Source: Eledone cirrhosa (Eukaryota). From it: a DNA stretch of 64,000 bases. Shown here one piece after another: positions 62,549-64,000 of the stretch. Location: assembly GCA_964016885.1 (NCBI GenBank), contig OZ024740.1, forward strand, positions 242,792,001 to 242,856,000. Direction: 5' to 3'. The position numbers were made by a program, and so were the translations under genes. Position 1 is the stretch's first letter; every line of letters starts with the position of its first letter. The notes under the pieces are model-generated. The model was not told where the DNA came from. It worked only from the letters and a program-made list of their open reading frames with translations, and did no database searches.

Positions 62549-63640
62549 CATCATCATCATCACCATCTTACATCCATTTTTCCATGCTAGCATGGGTTAG
62601 ACGAGTTGTCCTGTTGTGGGTAATGCTAGGTTATGTGACCATGTCTTGCTCATACAGAATTGATTTGGACTTGGTTTCTACAGCTGAATGCCCTTCTCAA
62701 TGCCAATCTCATTTACTGTGAGTACTTTTTGTCATGTTGCCTACACGTCCACTTTACAGTGTGTACTGGGCACTTTTTGTTGTGACACCTACACATCCAC
62801 TTTACTGTGTGGGCTGGGTGCTTTATATCGTGACACCTACACGGTCACTTTACAGTGGGAGGGTAGAAGGTAGGGTATACTGAGTGTGTGCTTCAGTTTC
62901 GGCCTGTGCCCGTGGAAAGTCGGATCTTCTGTATTAGTGCATAATGCCAGAGATCTTGGTCCTGTGTCATCACCTTTGAGAGGTGCAATTGGGCAAGGTC
63001 AGCTTTTATCACCTCAACCCAAGTCTTCCTAGGTCTCTTCACCCCAAGATTTTCATCGATTTTGAGTGCTCTGCACCTTTTTTTTGCAGTTGTCATCCTT
63101 CAGATGCATCACATGTCCATACCAACATAATCTCCTCTCCTGCACACAGCATTTGATTCCTCTTATGCCTAATCTCTCTCTCAGTTTATTTATGCTTTGC
63201 CGTTCGCGTATACTACTATTATACATCCATCGGAACATGCAAGCTTCATTTCTTTCCAATCTTCGCAAGTCTTCAGCACACAGCGCCCATGTCTCACTAC
63301 CATGCAACATTGCTGTTTGTATGCACGCATCATACAGTCTGCCTTTCATTAAGAGGGAAAAGCTTTTTGTAGCCAGTAGTGGTAGTGGTAGTAGCTCCCT
63401 GAACTTCTTCTATCCCGTTCTTACTCTGGCTACTGTACTTTCAGAATACCCACCACAGCTGCTAATTCAATCACCTAAATAGCAGAAGCTGTCTACTGTT
63501 TCTACAGAGCCCTCCCAGAATTTGGTAGTGCTTGTTTCCTGCGGTCGTTTGCTGCTTACTGTTCCAATGCAACTCCTACATGTGAAGCCTACATTCTTAG
63601 CTAAACTTCCGTAGATCTCACTACATCTCTTGTGTACCCA
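62549..63640 (-). mobile_element. 5'-truncated RTE LINE (23771 family)
   Basis: MKGRLYDAC..HGSETW..RPRKTW; 3' UTR with about 3 units of 46 bp. Confidence 0.88.
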
Positions 63641-64000
63641 TAGTTTGGCTCAACTTATAATAGAATATTATAAGTTGAGCAGAAGCAAGGGATCATCCTG
63701 GTGGGAACTTATAGAGCTTCATATGCAAATGAGATTAATCACCTCATTTACACAGACGAGAAAACTATATATTTTCGCCTGTTTTCAAAGTCCAGTGGTT
63801 ACAAGTGCAGGAGGGATCATCCTGGTGGGAACCAGTTCAGTTCGAAATGCATTAACTATTGTCCCCCTTGCTTCTGCTGGACACCGCCAGGTGGTGATAG
63901 CTTCCGGTGTTTTGTATAGCTACGGCTTTCTAAATGTTTATTTATAAACATACCGTTTATATATATATATATATATGTTGTATTAGGTAATTCTGAAGAA

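Overview
Eukaryotic, AT-rich, repeat-saturated DNA with no recognisable host exon. The mix of (TA)n/(CAT)n/(TAA)n microsatellites, RTE, R4/Dong, Tx1-like LINEs, Penelope remnants and tRNA-derived SINEs suggests an invertebrate, plausibly a coleoid cephalopod (inference only). The one long intact ORF (17304-20459) is an R4/Dong RT plus restriction-like endonuclease. Signals absent from the ORF track: (i) a decayed minus-strand coding region at about 49700-52300 whose manual translation gives ordered motifs resembling bunyavirus/hantavirus L polymerase, apparently in three serial copies (candidate endogenous viral element); (ii) several type-I hammerhead ribozyme motifs, including a family with a long stem II and a back-to-back inverted pair; (iii) Tx1-like and Dong LINEs stacked in the same (TAA)n tracts in opposite orientation; (iv) an expandable 46-bp minisatellite in RTE 3' UTRs; (v) about ten fold-back duplications. 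All calls come from manual reading; boundaries are approximate and no database search was run.
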